DNA of 64,000 nt. Origin: Octopus vulgaris. Its lineage: Eukaryota. The first letter of the stretch is position 1. Every line of letters starts with the position of its first letter. The stretch covers positions 36,766,001 through 36,830,000 of the forward strand of contig OX597816.1 of the NCBI GenBank assembly GCA_951406725.2, in the 5' to 3' direction. A program made the position numbers and the translations under genes. Shown here piece by piece: positions 1 to 14,351 of this stretch. A model generated the notes under the pieces. The model did no database searches. It was given only the letters and a program-made list of their open reading frames with translations, and was not told the origin of the DNA.

Positions 1-239
1 CAGCTATCTACCATGTTTGAATATATATTTATGAATATGTACACTACGTTTCAAATATCAGGTCATTCCATAAATAATGTCCAAAATATAATATATGTAA
101 TTTCTATCAATTTTTACTGTATTTTAAAAGTCAAATGGTATTGATTGATACGTATATGAATTTGGAAACCTTTAATTTTAATATAAATTCTTTTTACAGA
201 ATGCCCTGACAAATTAATTAATGTTCACTCTTCAAAGAT

Positions 240-1277
240 AGTCATCTCGAAGGAACATTTAAGGTACGAGATGCTTTATGAGTTCAAAAAGAGAAACACC
301 GCCGTAGAAGCAAACCGAAACATCCATTCTGTTTCTGGGGAAGAGTGCTTGAAAGAAAGAAGTTACAGAAGATGATTTGAAAGGTCAAAAATGCTAATTT
401 CAGCTTAAGAGAGAGAGGCCATGAATAGGACGATCTGTTGAATTTGATAATGAGATTCTTCTGTCAGATCTTGAGAGGGATAATGCTGTGTCACTTGAAG
501 AATTGGCAAACAGGCTCAATTCTAGCCATTCAACTGTTCACCGCCATATTCAGCAGCTTGGAAATGTGCCTAAACTCAAAAAAAGGATTCCTCACGATTT
601 GACAAAAGCCAATCGAAAATTATGAGTGGGTATCTGCATATCTCTTCACTGTTGTGAACGTATCTCACCCTTTTTAGACAGATTAGTGGCTGGTGAGGAA
701 AAACTAATTTTTCAAGAAAGATTTAATCAATGGCTTAGTTGTGGAGAACAGGCTAAATCACAACCCAAAACGAACGCCCATGAAAATAAGTTTCTTACGT
801 TTGATGGGATTGCATTGCTTGTCATCCACTTTGAGTTGCTACCAACTAAGGCGGCAATTAATGCTCATAGCAATTGCCAACAATTAGAGTGTTTGAATGC
901 TCTTTAAAGAAAATATGTCTGCTTTGGCGAATTGAAAGGGTATGTTGTATCATCACGATATTGCAAGGACCCGCATTGCAAACATAACCTCAGGAAAAAC
1001 CGAAGAACTGGATAACGCTCCTTCTGATTATCATTTGTTTCAAAGCTTACAGAATCATTTAGATGGATTAGTATTCAAAAGCCCCAATGAGGTCGAAACT
1101 TCCTCTCGTCAAAATCAAAAGAGTTTTTTCACCAATGGAATAAGAAAACTGATGAGTAGATAATAGTAACTCATCGATAATGATGGTAATTGTGTACAGT
1201 TTTCAATTTTAATAAAATGTAAAATTAGATCACTTTCTCTTCTTACCTCAAATTCAGACATGACTTATGACCTGGTA
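240..1277 (+). mobile_element. Decayed mariner (Mos1-like) transposon
   Basis: Broken frames give EHLRYEMLYEFKKRNTAVEA (N-terminal HTH), IPHDLT (WVPHEL motif), FLDRLVAGEEK (TGDEKW), HHDIAR (HDNARPH) and APSDYHLFQSLQNHL; multiple stops and frameshifts. Confidence 0.9.
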
Positions 1278-1559
1278 TATTGAGTTTTTATTCTCTTGAA
1301 CGACCAATGCAGACTATCTTACACGCACAGGTATATACACATTTCTATCCCTCTTTCAGATACATATGTGTGCGTGTGTCTGTGTCTGTATATCTGTCTG
1401 TCTATGTCTCTCTGTGTCAGTGTATTCATTTAATTCTATAATTGTGCTCAACCCGATAGCTGTGGCATTGCAGTGACACCGCCAGTATTATCACATTTTC
1501 CATAGTTATTTTTTGCGAATGGCTTATTGATGGGGAAGGAAGTTTAATATTGTTGCCTT

Positions 1560-1985
1560 CGTTTTTGTTTCTTGCTGGGAATCTAGCTGGCCATTTGCTT
1601 GCACATTTCCACTACCTCAATTATCAGTATATGAAACGAGCCGCCGTTGCTCATACCAATATCCTGAACACGCATTGTGTTTGATGCCGCTCCATTTGAT
1701 CCAAAATGTCTTTATTGCAGCATATTAGCACAAGACACCTGAAATCGGAGGGCTTGGGATCTTCCTGTATCAAATTACATTCTGCTTTGTTCAACCCATT
1801 TATATATGGCATATTGGCTTTTCTGTAGAAGATCAGCATTGAAAGATTCCTTGACTGGTTGTATTACTCTTGTATCATCAGCATAGCTAGTAAGCGTGGC
1901 TGTTGGTGAAACAGATGGAAGGTCCAAGAGATATAACATGAACAGCAGTGACCCCAAAACAGTTCCCTGCGGCACTCTATTTCTT
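1560..1985 (-). mobile_element. CR1/L2-group LINE reverse transcriptase fragment
   Basis: ORF 1775..2035 contains VPQGTVLGSLLFMLYLLDLP...YADDT (RT motifs 4-5). Confidence 0.85.
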
Positions 1986-3524
1986 ATTACACACATATAT
2001 ATATATATATAATACATATTAGAATAGGACACCAACGACGAGGGAAAAATTTGTAAACAGAGAGGGAAAGAGAGAGAGAGAGATGTTTAGAGCCTACAAA
2101 GTCATAAGGACGGAATTTATTCGAATTATCAAGAGATGTAGGCTGAGAAAATCCCTCCACCCCGTGAGTGACTCTTGTCCGTTCCAGAAAAAACGCTAAG
2201 CGCCTTCTCTCCAATGACGCAAAACATACGTGTGTGTGCGAGTATGCCACTGTTTATGTATAATTGTATTTAGGATAATAATTACCCTTAGGAAAATACT
2301 CAAAATATATGATGATGATCAGGAGAAGAATGGTTATGTGGATGAGCATATTTATCTAGTTGATGATGATATTCAAGCTTCAAATCTTTCATTATGATGG
2401 CTATGGCTATCATAAAGTGCGCCTATAAGTGGTTATAATCCTCAGAAATAGAGATACAGTAATTCAATTTATATCCGAGATAAATCTATTTAAAAAAATG
2501 CTTTCAATGAGTGGAATAAGGATTTTATCATAACATCGTCAAAGAATAATTGTGTAAAAGAAGATTGGAATGAGAAATAAATGAAATTATGAAATATGAA
2601 ACTAAAATTCAATAATAATCACGATTAAAAATATTTCCAATGATAAAAGCATTTTTTTTTTTAACTTTGAAGTTGTATTTCTAGAAATAATTCTTTTTTT
2701 CTTTTCTTTGTTCTCTTTCTGCGATGTTATTATGCGTAATTATTGCTTCTCTGGGCGAGGAAAATGTCGTATAAAAACATCTGGGACAGTGTTGCTTAGA
2801 ACTTTGAATAAAAATCTTTTTTTTTCCCTTTTTGTTACTGCTGGCATTGAGTACCATTGTTCACTCCAACTTTTACTGTATTTAGAAAAAATAATCTAAT
2901 TCTTTTCAAACCAATTTTAGAAATAAAATATATACATTATCATACTAAATTTGCACTTAGTTGATTATTTCCTTTGTACAGATTCTTATTTATACACATT
3001 CACTTGAAATATATTTCTGAAGCAGTTAACTTTAAAGAAATCGCTAATTTTGGAATGATTGTCTAGTTTATTGACTTGACGTTATCTCTGTGTATAATCA
3101 CCATGTATAATGTCAATAATGAACAATCTGTAAAGGAGTGTACTGGCTTGTATAAATCACCAAACCGTCTGAATTAATGTGCTCTTAGCATTTAGAAAGC
3201 ATAATAAACGATTGTGAAGTTGAAAGAGATCAGGTTTATGATAAATCTATATATTTTCATTTATAGGCATGCAACACGTACACCAGGATTATTTTGGAAA
3301 GCTAAGAACCAAGGTAAAATCATAGTCTCAGACAATCCAAGATGATGATGAGTTTCCAAAGAAATAAATAACAGAAACTCGCGGCAAGGTGAGCGCATAG
3401 CAGGAGAGATCTTCAGAAGATGAATTCCGATTCGACAAATGTATTGGCACTTATGCCTGGCACTCTACGAGAGCCGGGGTCACACAGGTCATGACTACTA
3501 GGTGTCCTCCTGTTGCTTTCTAAA

Positions 3525-3612
3525 ATCCTGTCTCCAATGGGATTTGAACCTGGGTCATTCTTTTTGTGAGCTTTTGTTGTTAGGGTTGTGTTTCAACCCA
3601 CTAGGCCACTCT
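3525..3612 (-). mobile_element. tRNA-derived SINE head (decayed)
   Basis: Minus strand has A box TGGCCTAGTGG and B box GGTTCAAATCC. Confidence 0.5.
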
Positions 3613-4633
3613 AACTGACGAAGAAACCAGTTCTTTTCTTCTTTATATTCCTGTAAATAACCAATAGAATCCATGACTAGGTTCATTGATCATTTCTCTT
3701 TGCCCATATCTACATTGAACTCTTTTCAGCAACATCAGTCATGTATTTGTGCCCGAGTAGCCGACAAGTTGATGCAGCCACATATCCTCGCAATCCAACT
3801 ACAACTGGCTTCACATGCAGTGGTAACCTTACCGTCCTAACTGCTTTGCTAGCTCACCATTTAATATATTCACTTGCGATAAATACCGTCCAGATCTCGC
3901 TGAAATCACGACTTATGTTATTCAAACGACAGAAAGGTCTCATAAAGAAATATAGTAGTTGGTACCATAGTTAATTGACAGGTGTTCACAGCTGGAATGA
4001 TTACGACCTTAGGTCTGTGCTATTGGAGTTGAAACAGATACCAACAATAGCATGAAAATAATTCCAAGAATGGAAATGAACTTATTGCTTAAGAAAACAG
4101 TTCAGGTGCATACATACCTGTGATTAGTATACAGATTATGAGTGAAATAGGCGCAAACGTATTTGATTTGGAATGTTAATTAAGATTAAAAGTATAAATA
4201 AGAGGTTGAGACAGAAAATCCATTACATTACTCACTAATTCTGGTCACGAAAATAATTATATAATAGTGAGTTTTTTTTCTATAATTAATTAAAATTTTT
4301 GGCTGTTGGCTGCACGTTTGCATCAAGCAAAATCAGTTAACGCCTGTTTTACTATAACATTTCTTCCTGCAGCAGCGTCCTTATGCTTCTCGCCGGCGTT
4401 TTGCTTGGAGTATGTATTATATATAGGAAGATTAGCAAAGTTATTTTGACAACTGCGCATGCTATTTAATTAAATTACATTCGTATAATTTCTGATGTAG
4501 TATTTGTGTGTGTGTGTGTCTGAGTGTGCTTGTGTATATGTATGTGTGTGTGTATGTGTGCGTATTCTATATAAGGAAATATAGTTGTATACACACACAA
4601 AACTGTGAATGTCATTATTAAAGACAATTTAAC

Positions 4634-5022
4634 GCGGCGAGCCGGCACGTTGAAAAAATGCTTAGCGGTATTTCGTCTGCCGTTACGTTCTGAGTTCAAA
4701 TTCCGCCGAGTTCGACTTTGCCTTTCATCATTTTCGTGTCGATAAATAAAGAACCAGTTACGCACTGGGGTCGATACAATCGACTTAGTCCGTTTGTCTG
4801 TCCTTGTTTGTCCCCTCTGTGTTTAGCCCCTTGTGGGTAGTAAAGAAATAGGTATTTCGCCCGTCGCTGTGTTCTGAGTTCAAATTCCACCAAGGTCGAC
4901 TTTACCTCTCACCCTTTCGGAGTCGATCAAATAAGTACCAGTTACACACTCGGGTTGGTGTAATCGACTTAATCTCTTCCCCAAAATTTCAGACCTTGTG
5001 CCTACAGCAGAAAGGATTATTA
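4634..5022 (+). mobile_element. SINE with Nin/Deu-like central domain, internally duplicated
   Basis: B box gagttcaaattc followed by gtcgactttgcctttcatc...gtcgataaataagtaccagtt, present twice (about 4690 and 4872); further copies at 14190, 53230 and 58214. Confidence 0.75.
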
Positions 5023-5286
5023 AACACATTTCTCACTATTTGATTTTGGGAGTAAAAGTCACGCACAGGCACACATATATACATATAAAATTTATACACC
5101 AATGTTATTTATACATTGCCTTTTATGAGGCTTTATTGCGATCGATTATTTACTGTGTCTGTATTCGGAATTCGTTCTTTCTATCTAATTTACTTCTTCA
5201 ATGCATCCTTTCAGCTTTGCTACCATTCGCCCCCTTAACTTGAAGATATAAAATGCTAAATCACGCAACATATCTATATATCTATA

Positions 5287-5322
<36 letters not shown>

Positions 5323-6340
5323 TAGATAGATATATATATATATATATACAAATATTTATCACTTAGTGTCAGTTTCTGGCCACGTCTTTCCGTCTTTCTC
5401 CCCTCCTTCCCTTTAGCCTTACTTCTTTCTTCTGTTTTCTCCTATAATCGCCAATCTTCCTTTTTACTAAGTTTTTTTCTCATTTAGATATTTATTTGTT
5501 TTTCGCTGATAACAATTTGCCATTTTTTCGGATTGTAATTGTTATTTCGTTTTAAATTCTATTTTGATCATATGCACCATATTATTTCTGATAACGTAAA
5601 TATCCAATTGCTAATTTTTTCGACTAACGGATTATTTTGCAAAACTGTCAATCACTTTCATCCAAGAGATTCCTGTTATTTTAAAAACTAATTACCCAGT
5701 CAGCTTTAAATGCTTCTTCGATAAATTGGTAAACATGAATACTTATAACAATTGCATTGTTCTGAATAAAACCGAGCATTTGACAATCTTAATTTTGTAT
5801 GTAACACAATGTTTAATCTTCGGATCTTTTTAAATATGCTAAGCCACTGGTTTTAATTGATTAATATTAATTTCTACACTCATTATTTAGTCTTAAATAG
5901 AAAAAAATGTTCTCTAACCGGAAAAATTGGCTGCTGAAATTTATTAACTGCAGAGTAATTTCCGGCTTCAGTGCACCAAAGTGAAGACATTTGAAAAACT
6001 ACACCCAAACATAATTTGTAGAACTTTATACATGTTTGATTTCGGTTGAGCTTTCTGTATCTAATTCTGGAAATTTTGTTTTATAATCGACAGACTACGC
6101 TGACGATCCAGCAGATATCTGCGTGTTTGCATACGTAGATATTAACAAGTGAAACCATTGTTACGTAGGTAATCGTTCTTTTATTGCGTATATTTTCATT
6201 TGTCTTGCTCATTTTTATATTTTGGCATTTTGCTTATATTTTTCTTGAGAACACATTCTTCGTGTTAATGGTGATATGACGTCTATGTTTAGCATATTAT
6301 GTGTCCACTTTAGTGGTCATTCCTCTTAATTTTGTATATG

Positions 6341-6381
<41 letters not shown>

Positions 6382-6427
6382 GGCAGAAATATGTTTTGAA
6401 AAAATATAAAATACACGTGGAAATGTA

Positions 6428-6559
6428 AGGGTAAAATATGAAAGATCAACGAAAATGCATATTGTAGATATAAAAAGGCTATTTATGACAGGTAGTGACA
6501 AATATGTACATTTAGAGTATTACTAGACAAAAAGGTCATTTTTATTGATGATTATAAGA

Positions 6560-6634
<75 letters not shown>

Positions 6635-6658
6635 TAATAATAATAATGATAATAATAA

Positions 6659-6745
<87 letters not shown>

Positions 6746-7643
6746 GGTAAGAGACTGAAACGAACCAATTGGTTTTCGCGTTAGCTATTCATCGTTTGAA
6801 CAACACCGGTTAGTAAACGGTGTCAGGTCTAATAGTTCCTGAGAAAAGAGATTATTTGTAAGGGAGGTAAGTAGTTTTGGATTATATGTATAAGGGAGGT
6901 AAGTAGTTCAGGAATTAGAAATGTGAGTGATGTAGAAAGTGTATAGGGTTTAGTGGTTTAAATCGAAGAGTTAGTGGTGTTCTGTATTGAGTTGTGTGTT
7001 CACATTTAGTTGGGGGAGAAATTTGTTGATGAAAAATGAATCTTTATTCAACCTTTGTTGCATTGTTGTGCTCTGTGAGCATTGGTAAAAGGGAAATATT
7101 TGGAAATTGGGATTACGATTCCTGGCTCATCTTTCTATGTGTTCACTCACCTTTAACTGTCTGTACTATGGGTGGCGGATTTGCTCTTTGAGAATGGTGA
7201 TTCTTTGACGGAGCGAAATTCCTGTTCGTCCAATATAGAGTTTACCGCATCCTATGCATGTCATGACATAGATTACATTTGCCGAGGCGCAGGTGAAATT
7301 TGATTTGATCTTAAATATTTCTCCTTGTTTGAATTGAAATTCTGAACCCTCCAGAAGGTGGGGGCATGTTCCACACTTGGAACGTCCACATTTTGTCACT
7401 TTTTGCTCACACCACTAACTCTTCAATTTAAACCAATAAACCCTATACACTTTCTACATCACTCAAATTTCTAATTCCTGAACTACTTAACTCCCTTATA
7501 CATATAATCCAAAACTACTTACCTCCCTTACAAATAATCTCTTTTCTCAGAAACTATTAGACCTGACACCGTTTACTAACCGGTGTAGTTCAAACGATGA
7601 ATAGCTAACGCGAAAACCAATTGGTTCGTTTCAGTCTCTTACC

Positions 7644-7724
<81 letters not shown>

Positions 7725-7850
7725 TAATCATCAATAATAATGACCTTTTTGACTAGTAATACTCTAAATGTATATATTTGTCACTACCTGTCATAAATAG
7801 CCATTTTATATCTACAATATGCATTTTCGTTGATCTTTCATATTTTACCC
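6428..7850 (-). mobile_element. Penelope-like element 3' fragment: GIY-YIG endonuclease between inverted arms
   Basis: ORF 7166..7399 KCGRSKCGTC...NVIYVMTCIGCGKLYIGRTG (Cys knuckle plus GIY-YIG); 6428-6980 is the reverse complement of 7409-7850, each arm with a (TAA)n tract. Confidence 0.88.
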
Positions 7851-7851
7851 C

Positions 7852-7919
<68 letters not shown>

Positions 7920-7927
7920 TCATACAA

Positions 7928-7965
7928 GTCTCCGACGAATAGTGACTTGATACTCTGAGTAGGAT
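7928..7965 (+). ncRNA. Degenerate type I hammerhead motif
   Basis: GTCT-CCGACGA-ATAGTGACTT-GATAC-TCTGA-GTA-GGAT; same layout as the 20168 motif but with core mutations. Confidence 0.4.
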
Positions 7966-8014
7966 ATGAAGATGTTTTTCGGCTTTATCACTCTACGTTT
8001 GATAATCGAGTCTC

Positions 8015-8176
8015 GTTTTTTTCATTCTCTCTCTGCTTATTTTATCGTGTTCCTTCCTGTTGAAGAGCGTAGGCACGAAACATAAAAGACTTCTCACATT
8101 CACGAGCGTCAAACTAATACATCTGCTTACTCTTTATACATCTGTCTTCGTCTTTTGTTTTTCTCTCAATTTCAAC
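8015..8176 (+). mobile_element. Penelope-type terminal repeat fragment with degenerate minimal hammerhead
   Basis: CTGTTGA-A-GAG-CGTAGG-CAC-GAAAC at 8057-8081, next to (TA)n. Confidence 0.45.
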
Positions 8177-8199
8177 TATATATATATATATATATATAT

Positions 8200-8594
<395 letters not shown>

Positions 8595-9653
8595 TACACT
8601 ATTATAAGTAATTATCTAACTACTGAACGACGAAGACTTTCTACTCACGGTACTTTTAGTACTATCTTGAGCTACACTAATACATGTACTGCCTGTAAAA
8701 TTAATATAATTTCCTCTATCTATCTCTTTCTCTCTATATATATAGATGTTTGTGTGTGCGTGTGCGTGCGTGTGTGTCTGTGGGGTGTATCTTGTCTTCT
8801 GTTTTACTTTTTCCCTCAATCGTGTCTTTTCACATTCCAGTCTGTGCGCAGTTTAGACCATCTTTCATCATTTGCTCCCTACCAGTATGCCCTGCCTAAC
8901 TTTATGTTTTCTAAATATGATGTAGTCCGCTGCTATTTACACACATATTTGTTCAAACGTTTTACGCTCCCCCTTTAATGTTTTTAAAATCCATATGTTC
9001 GTAATTGTTCAAATCTATATGCTGAGACTTATATGTTTTAAATCTCCAGATACTTTTTTTGCGCATACTCGCCAAGGCCCGTAATTTAATTTAACAAAAG
9101 CGCACCAATCAGCTTGGATTTAATTTTTAATAGCCCCATTTGGCTTCATTATATTATATTGACTATAATTCATAACTTATAACTTCTAAACATGAATTGT
9201 AGTATAGTCATATTAAATTGTTTTTGTTATCATTTTCGTATCATTGTTCTATTCATTTTACAAGTTACAGCTCCTGAGCATTAATTGAGAAGACATCATC
9301 GTCAGCAAAGTGTAAATAATTTAAGAGTCTCCAATTAATATATATTTCATTTCGAGTAATTTATATTTTGTTATTCATATATTCATTTCGCTTCTATTAA
9401 TTTCTATTTTATTTTTAAAATAGATATCATATCCTAACTATAAAATGTTATTATATACTACTCATGCAGATATACATATACATATATGCATGTATTAACA
9501 TATTTACGTGTGAGTTTGTGCGTATGTGTGTGTGTGTGTGTTTTAAACTTATATGTTTCACATGAATAATAATCAGTAACAATTAGTTAAACCTTTGTAT
9601 AGTATTCTGTCAAATAAGTATTATATGTACACAAAGATACACATAAATGTGTG

Positions 9654-9703
<50 letters not shown>

Positions 9704-9788
9704 AGAAGGAATAGCTGCTATTTCTCAACTGCTATTTCTAAACTTCGGTATGTGGTGAAGCAAGTCGTTGCCGAACCCTAATTATATA

Positions 9789-9858
<70 letters not shown>

Positions 9859-9949
9859 GTATATTTATATACATACATACAAACTTACAATATCATCTTT
9901 CATAAAATAACTGGAAGTCAAAATGTTTTGACCGTGCGTTCAAATAGAC

Positions 9950-11398
9950 CAGTGGTTCCCAAACTTTTCCCGCCAAATTGCAATATCACCCACCTGTCGC
10001 TCAAACAATACTCCATCGCTCACTGGTGTAAAAAAAAACCCTGACATAACCACCCAACACAAAATCACCTAGCCCCCCTTCCGCCGTATCATCTGGCACA
10101 CACACTATATCGTAGACGCGTTGCCCTGGTAGTGCCGTTTGTACTAATTATGAGGGAATAAATACAAACTATAAATAATCACTACTGTACTGTCCACAAA
10201 TTTTCTTGACTGGAGACATCAGTAAAGTGAAAATGTGAAAACCAATTTCTACAGATGGCATCAGAAAGGCAGTATGGTATTCCCAAAGAGAAAAAGTCAA
10301 TAGAACAAAGTCAGATGACACGCTTTTACTGGAGCAAATACGGATATAGTTCGTTTGGCTGCCAGCATTTCAAAAATTAAATTTTATCGACAATTTTAAA
10401 ATTTGGCACATTAATGTACTTTTCCAAGCTAAATTGCTGGAGTTATTCAGCTGTTTCCAGAAAAATGTTTTTAAAAAGTTATAGAGGTTTAAATTCAATC
10501 ATTTTCACCCAGTCAAGAAATACTATTTCAAAGCTGTCATTTTGTGTGCGACTTCATAGTTTGTCAACATCCTGAAAATAGCATTTGTGTTTTGATATGA
10601 AACCACAGAATTACGCACGTCATATGACTCTTATGTGGAGGCGCAATGGCCCAGTGGTTAGGGCAGCGGACTCGCGGTCGTAGGATCGCAGTTTCGATTC
10701 CCGGACCGGGCGTTGTGTGTGTTTATTGAGCGAAAACACCTAAAAAGCTCCACAAGGCTCCGGCAGGGGGTGGTGGCGATCCCTGCTGTACTCTTTCACC
10801 ACAACTTTCTCTCACTCTTTCTTCTGTTGGCTTGCTCGCTTAGCCAGCAGGGTGGCGTCATTTGAAGGCTAAAACAATGCGAAGCGCATTGTGACCAGTG
10901 ATGTGTCGCAACATGTGATGGTCTGGTCGGTCAGGTGATCACGTGATGTGACTCTTATACCATTTATTTTCGGAGTTTTCAGGAAATTTTTGCGAATTTG
11001 AATTCTACACGCAGGACTTCATACGATTGTGCCCCTCCAAAAAAATTGTAGTGGAGTGTGATTTAAGGCCTAGCCCTATTTGGGTGCTATTTTTAACACG
11101 CTTGACAACCATCTCAATGACTGCGACAAAAATATTCAATAAACAAGTCCGCGTTTTTAATTCAAAGGGACGTCTCATGCGAATAGTCAGATCGATGAAA
11201 GTGCATCATTATTCTAGGCATGCGTAGGTATCAGTAAATGCAGACTTAATTCCTAAACATTCACTGTCACCCACAAGATATTCTTTTCGCCCGCCAAAAC
11301 CTCAAATCGCCCACCATTTTCTAAAAATTCGGCCATCGCCCACCTGTATGTTGAAATCGCTCACCATTGGACGATATATCCCACCTTGGGAAGCTATG
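9950..11398. mobile_element. hAT (Charlie-like) non-autonomous element with nested insertions
   Basis: Left end CAGTGGTTCCCAAAC; right end ccttgggaagctatg is a degenerate reverse complement; subterminal aatcgcccacc repeats at 11300-11385. Confidence 0.5.
10637..10947 (+). mobile_element. Full-length tRNA-derived SINE (resembles octopus OR-type)
   Basis: A box TGGCCCAGTGG and B box GTTTCGATTCC; probable target site duplication TGACTCTTAT at 10625-10634 and 10949-10958. Confidence 0.88.
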
Positions 11399-11885
11399 AA
11401 ATCGATTTTTGAGTGGTATTTGTAGTTTATACTACAGTAAACTACATAATGAGCATCTTTTAGGTACATAGAATGAAATGTTCCTTTTTTTTCTAGCTTT
11501 CAGCTCATTTGTGTAGTTCGGAAGTATATTAACGTCACTGAACTGTTTCGATTATGTTTTATACTCCTTTCTTACTGTTTATCTTTGGAGGGGTAGGTAT
11601 GATTGCCATATTTGCAAGTAAATTATTCATCAATCATCCCGATATATTTCAGTTCGGTTTTCCTGTTCTTTTTCTTGGAGATGCCTTCCACATCACGCAT
11701 TATTCCTGTCGTATCGCTATCAAAGTTATCTGAAAGTTCATTTATCTGCTCTAGATAAGATAAGTTTCCACGCTAAAATGTTTTTCATCTTTGCCTTCTA
11801 AATTTCATGTATCAATTTTAAAAAGTGTCTTTTGAAAATGATCTGATAAAGATAACGGTTTGGATGGTTTCAATAATAAATGCCA

Positions 11886-11968
11886 GTTATCGTTTACCAT
11901 ATCTGTAGATAATTCTCATGAATGTAAGTTATCGTTTACCATATCCGTAGATAATTCTCATGAATGTA
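11886..11968. repeat. Tandem duplication of about 42 bp
   Basis: agttatcgtttaccatatc(t/c)gtagataattctcatgaatgta twice. Confidence 0.9.
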
Positions 11969-12390
11969 TCTGGGTAGACCCAACGCCATCTTTAAACTAA
12001 TATATTGATAGGGAATTTCTTTCGAGTTAAATTGGGAAATTTTTAGTGACAGAGTAAAAGTTTCTTATATACACAAATATATATATAAACGAAACATTAT
12101 GAAGATATCACACAAATGTATTGTGAATTAAAGAATATTGCAAATAAGATATTCAGATACTTAGAAAAAATATGGTGGAAATGAATGAGGTATACAAGCA
12201 AGAAAATTAAGGAATTGCAGTACTTACTATAATTTTTCTGAGCTTTATTTCAATTTTGCCATTGTTTTCTGCTTATCATCCTTATCAGATATATATTCAG
12301 ATATTTTCTATCTGCCACATTGTCTCCCACTAAATGTGAGATAATTGCCATTTTTTCTGCTTATCATCCTTATCTGGACGATAACATATA

Positions 12391-12783
12391 TCTTTATATA
12401 TAAAAGTGAGGTTGTGTGCTGTCTGTCTCCTACGATTTAGATTCTTAACTACTCCCACATTTTGCGATACAGTTTAACCAAAACCGGGTATCTTATAGTC
12501 GTGATTCATATCCAGCCCTTCTGAGTATTAGCGCGCGTCTACAATGAGTCTACGATTTAAAAAAAAATACCATCAAATTTTCCCATTTTTAATGCATTTT
12601 TGGCATATATAAGGGAAGTAACTCTCTAAGAATTTATTATTAAATCTCAGAACGTAAAAAGCTACAGTAACACCACCCTTTGTGGTTAGCCATATTGAGA
12701 TGGCTATCATACTTTACATCTCTAAAAATGCTTATATAGTTATTTCCCTTACAAACCCGAGCAACGCCGGGCGATACTGCTAG
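12391..12783 (+). mobile_element. Non-autonomous Helitron
   Basis: A|TC 5' end, 3' hairpin CCCGAGCAACGCCGGG, CTAG|T end, no target duplication; second copy at 34202-34598. Confidence 0.85.
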
Positions 12784-14189
12784 TCAGATATATATATTCA
12801 CATTTTCTATCTGTCACATTGTATCCCACTAAGTGTCAGATATTTAGGAGAAAATAAAGTATTGGATAACCTTCTACACACTTCTTCGTTGGATGGCTTA
12901 CTTAATCTCTCGCCTTTTTAAACACCTCCTGCAGAAGGTACGTAAGTTGGGTTTAGCATAGTACATAGATTTGCATTCATATGAGTTACATTTCTGGCTT
13001 ATGTGGAACTTACCTTTCAGCTACTAGTCTCTAAACTCTAAGAGAGTCGTATCCACGGCTCCTGAAACTTTAAGTTCCTTATAATAATACAGCTATGCTA
13101 CTCTGCTTGAAACTAGAACATGTGCATAAATGTACATACAGATACGACGTGATTCCAATTCTATACATGCACACCGAGGAGCTTACGCCGATGATAATGG
13201 ATTTTGCTCATAATTCATTATCATCTAATACAAGACAAACATGTTTGATAGTGTCTGATTGTGTAATGTCTCACCGAAAACCATTTGCAGCACGGAATAT
13301 ATTGGACGGCAGGTTTACAAGATAGTATTTCATTCAAAGGCGAATGTAATAGTTATGTATTTGCTGTTAGAAGAAATATGTCACAGCTGAGTTATTTTGT
13401 CGTTAATTTTGCTGTACATCATCACCAGGTGTCCTTCGAGCAAAACGAATAAAATTCCTCCAAATATGACCACCAAGTTTCATTATATAGAGATAATTTC
13501 AGCTTCCATTTAAATTATTCAATATTTACTTTCGAATTTAAGCTTGATAGATATTTGGTTGCTCTCTCAAGCAAACTGAGAGCCAGCTAAAGATTTACAC
13601 TAACATCCAACTGATACACAGAATGTACAGAAAATTTTCGTTGGTATTGTACTAAGAGACGCAACCTCAATGCAGACTGCATAATCACATCACTGTCTTT
13701 AGATAACTAATAATAGATGAAGTATTGATTATTTTACATAAAATATCATTGATCGATGACTCACAAGTTATGTATTTGCATCATTCTCCCAATGTCACAT
13801 AAGATATCTAAGATTTTATTCTAATTCATTTACGAGTTTGGGTCTCTCTAGTCAACTATGCGTTTGTATCTCCTCTAATATCATTAACTATTGTGTAATA
13901 GAAATGGAAGACATCGCAAATTCAATTAGCACTAAACTGAAAGCTGGATGTTGCCTATAAAAGTCATATTACTACGTGTACCTTTAGAGAAATAAAAAAT
14001 AAAATTAATGTTCCGTTGCAATCATAAGGCATTAAATTCTGCTTCAATAATGTTCCTATATTATAATATTAATCACATGTTGTATTTCAAACAGTGGAAT
14101 GACGTTTAATGGTTCGCATTTTAGCAACCGAAAATATGAATATAATAACGTCTACGGTGATAATGAGAATAGCTTTAACAATGAGATTC

Positions 14190-14351
14190 GTTCTGAGTTC
14201 AAATTCTGCCGAGGTCGACTTTGCCTTTCACCCTTTCGGGGTCGATAAATTAAGTACCAGTTACGCACTGGGGTCGATATAATCGACATAATCCGTGTCT
14301 GTCCTTGTTTGTCCCCTCTATGTTTAGCCCCTTGTGGGTAGTAAAGAAATA
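14190..14351 (+). mobile_element. Nin-domain SINE fragment
   Basis: Matches 4688-4850. Confidence 0.8.

Noticed and set aside
3267-3390. Possible host exon (ttttcatttatag acceptor, caag/gt donors)
   Set aside because: No recognisable peptide and no partner exons; such signals arise by chance in AT-rich DNA
10637-10712. tRNA gene call for SINE heads (also 42763 and 52218)
   Set aside because: No closed acceptor stem; the sequence continues into a multi-copy SINE body
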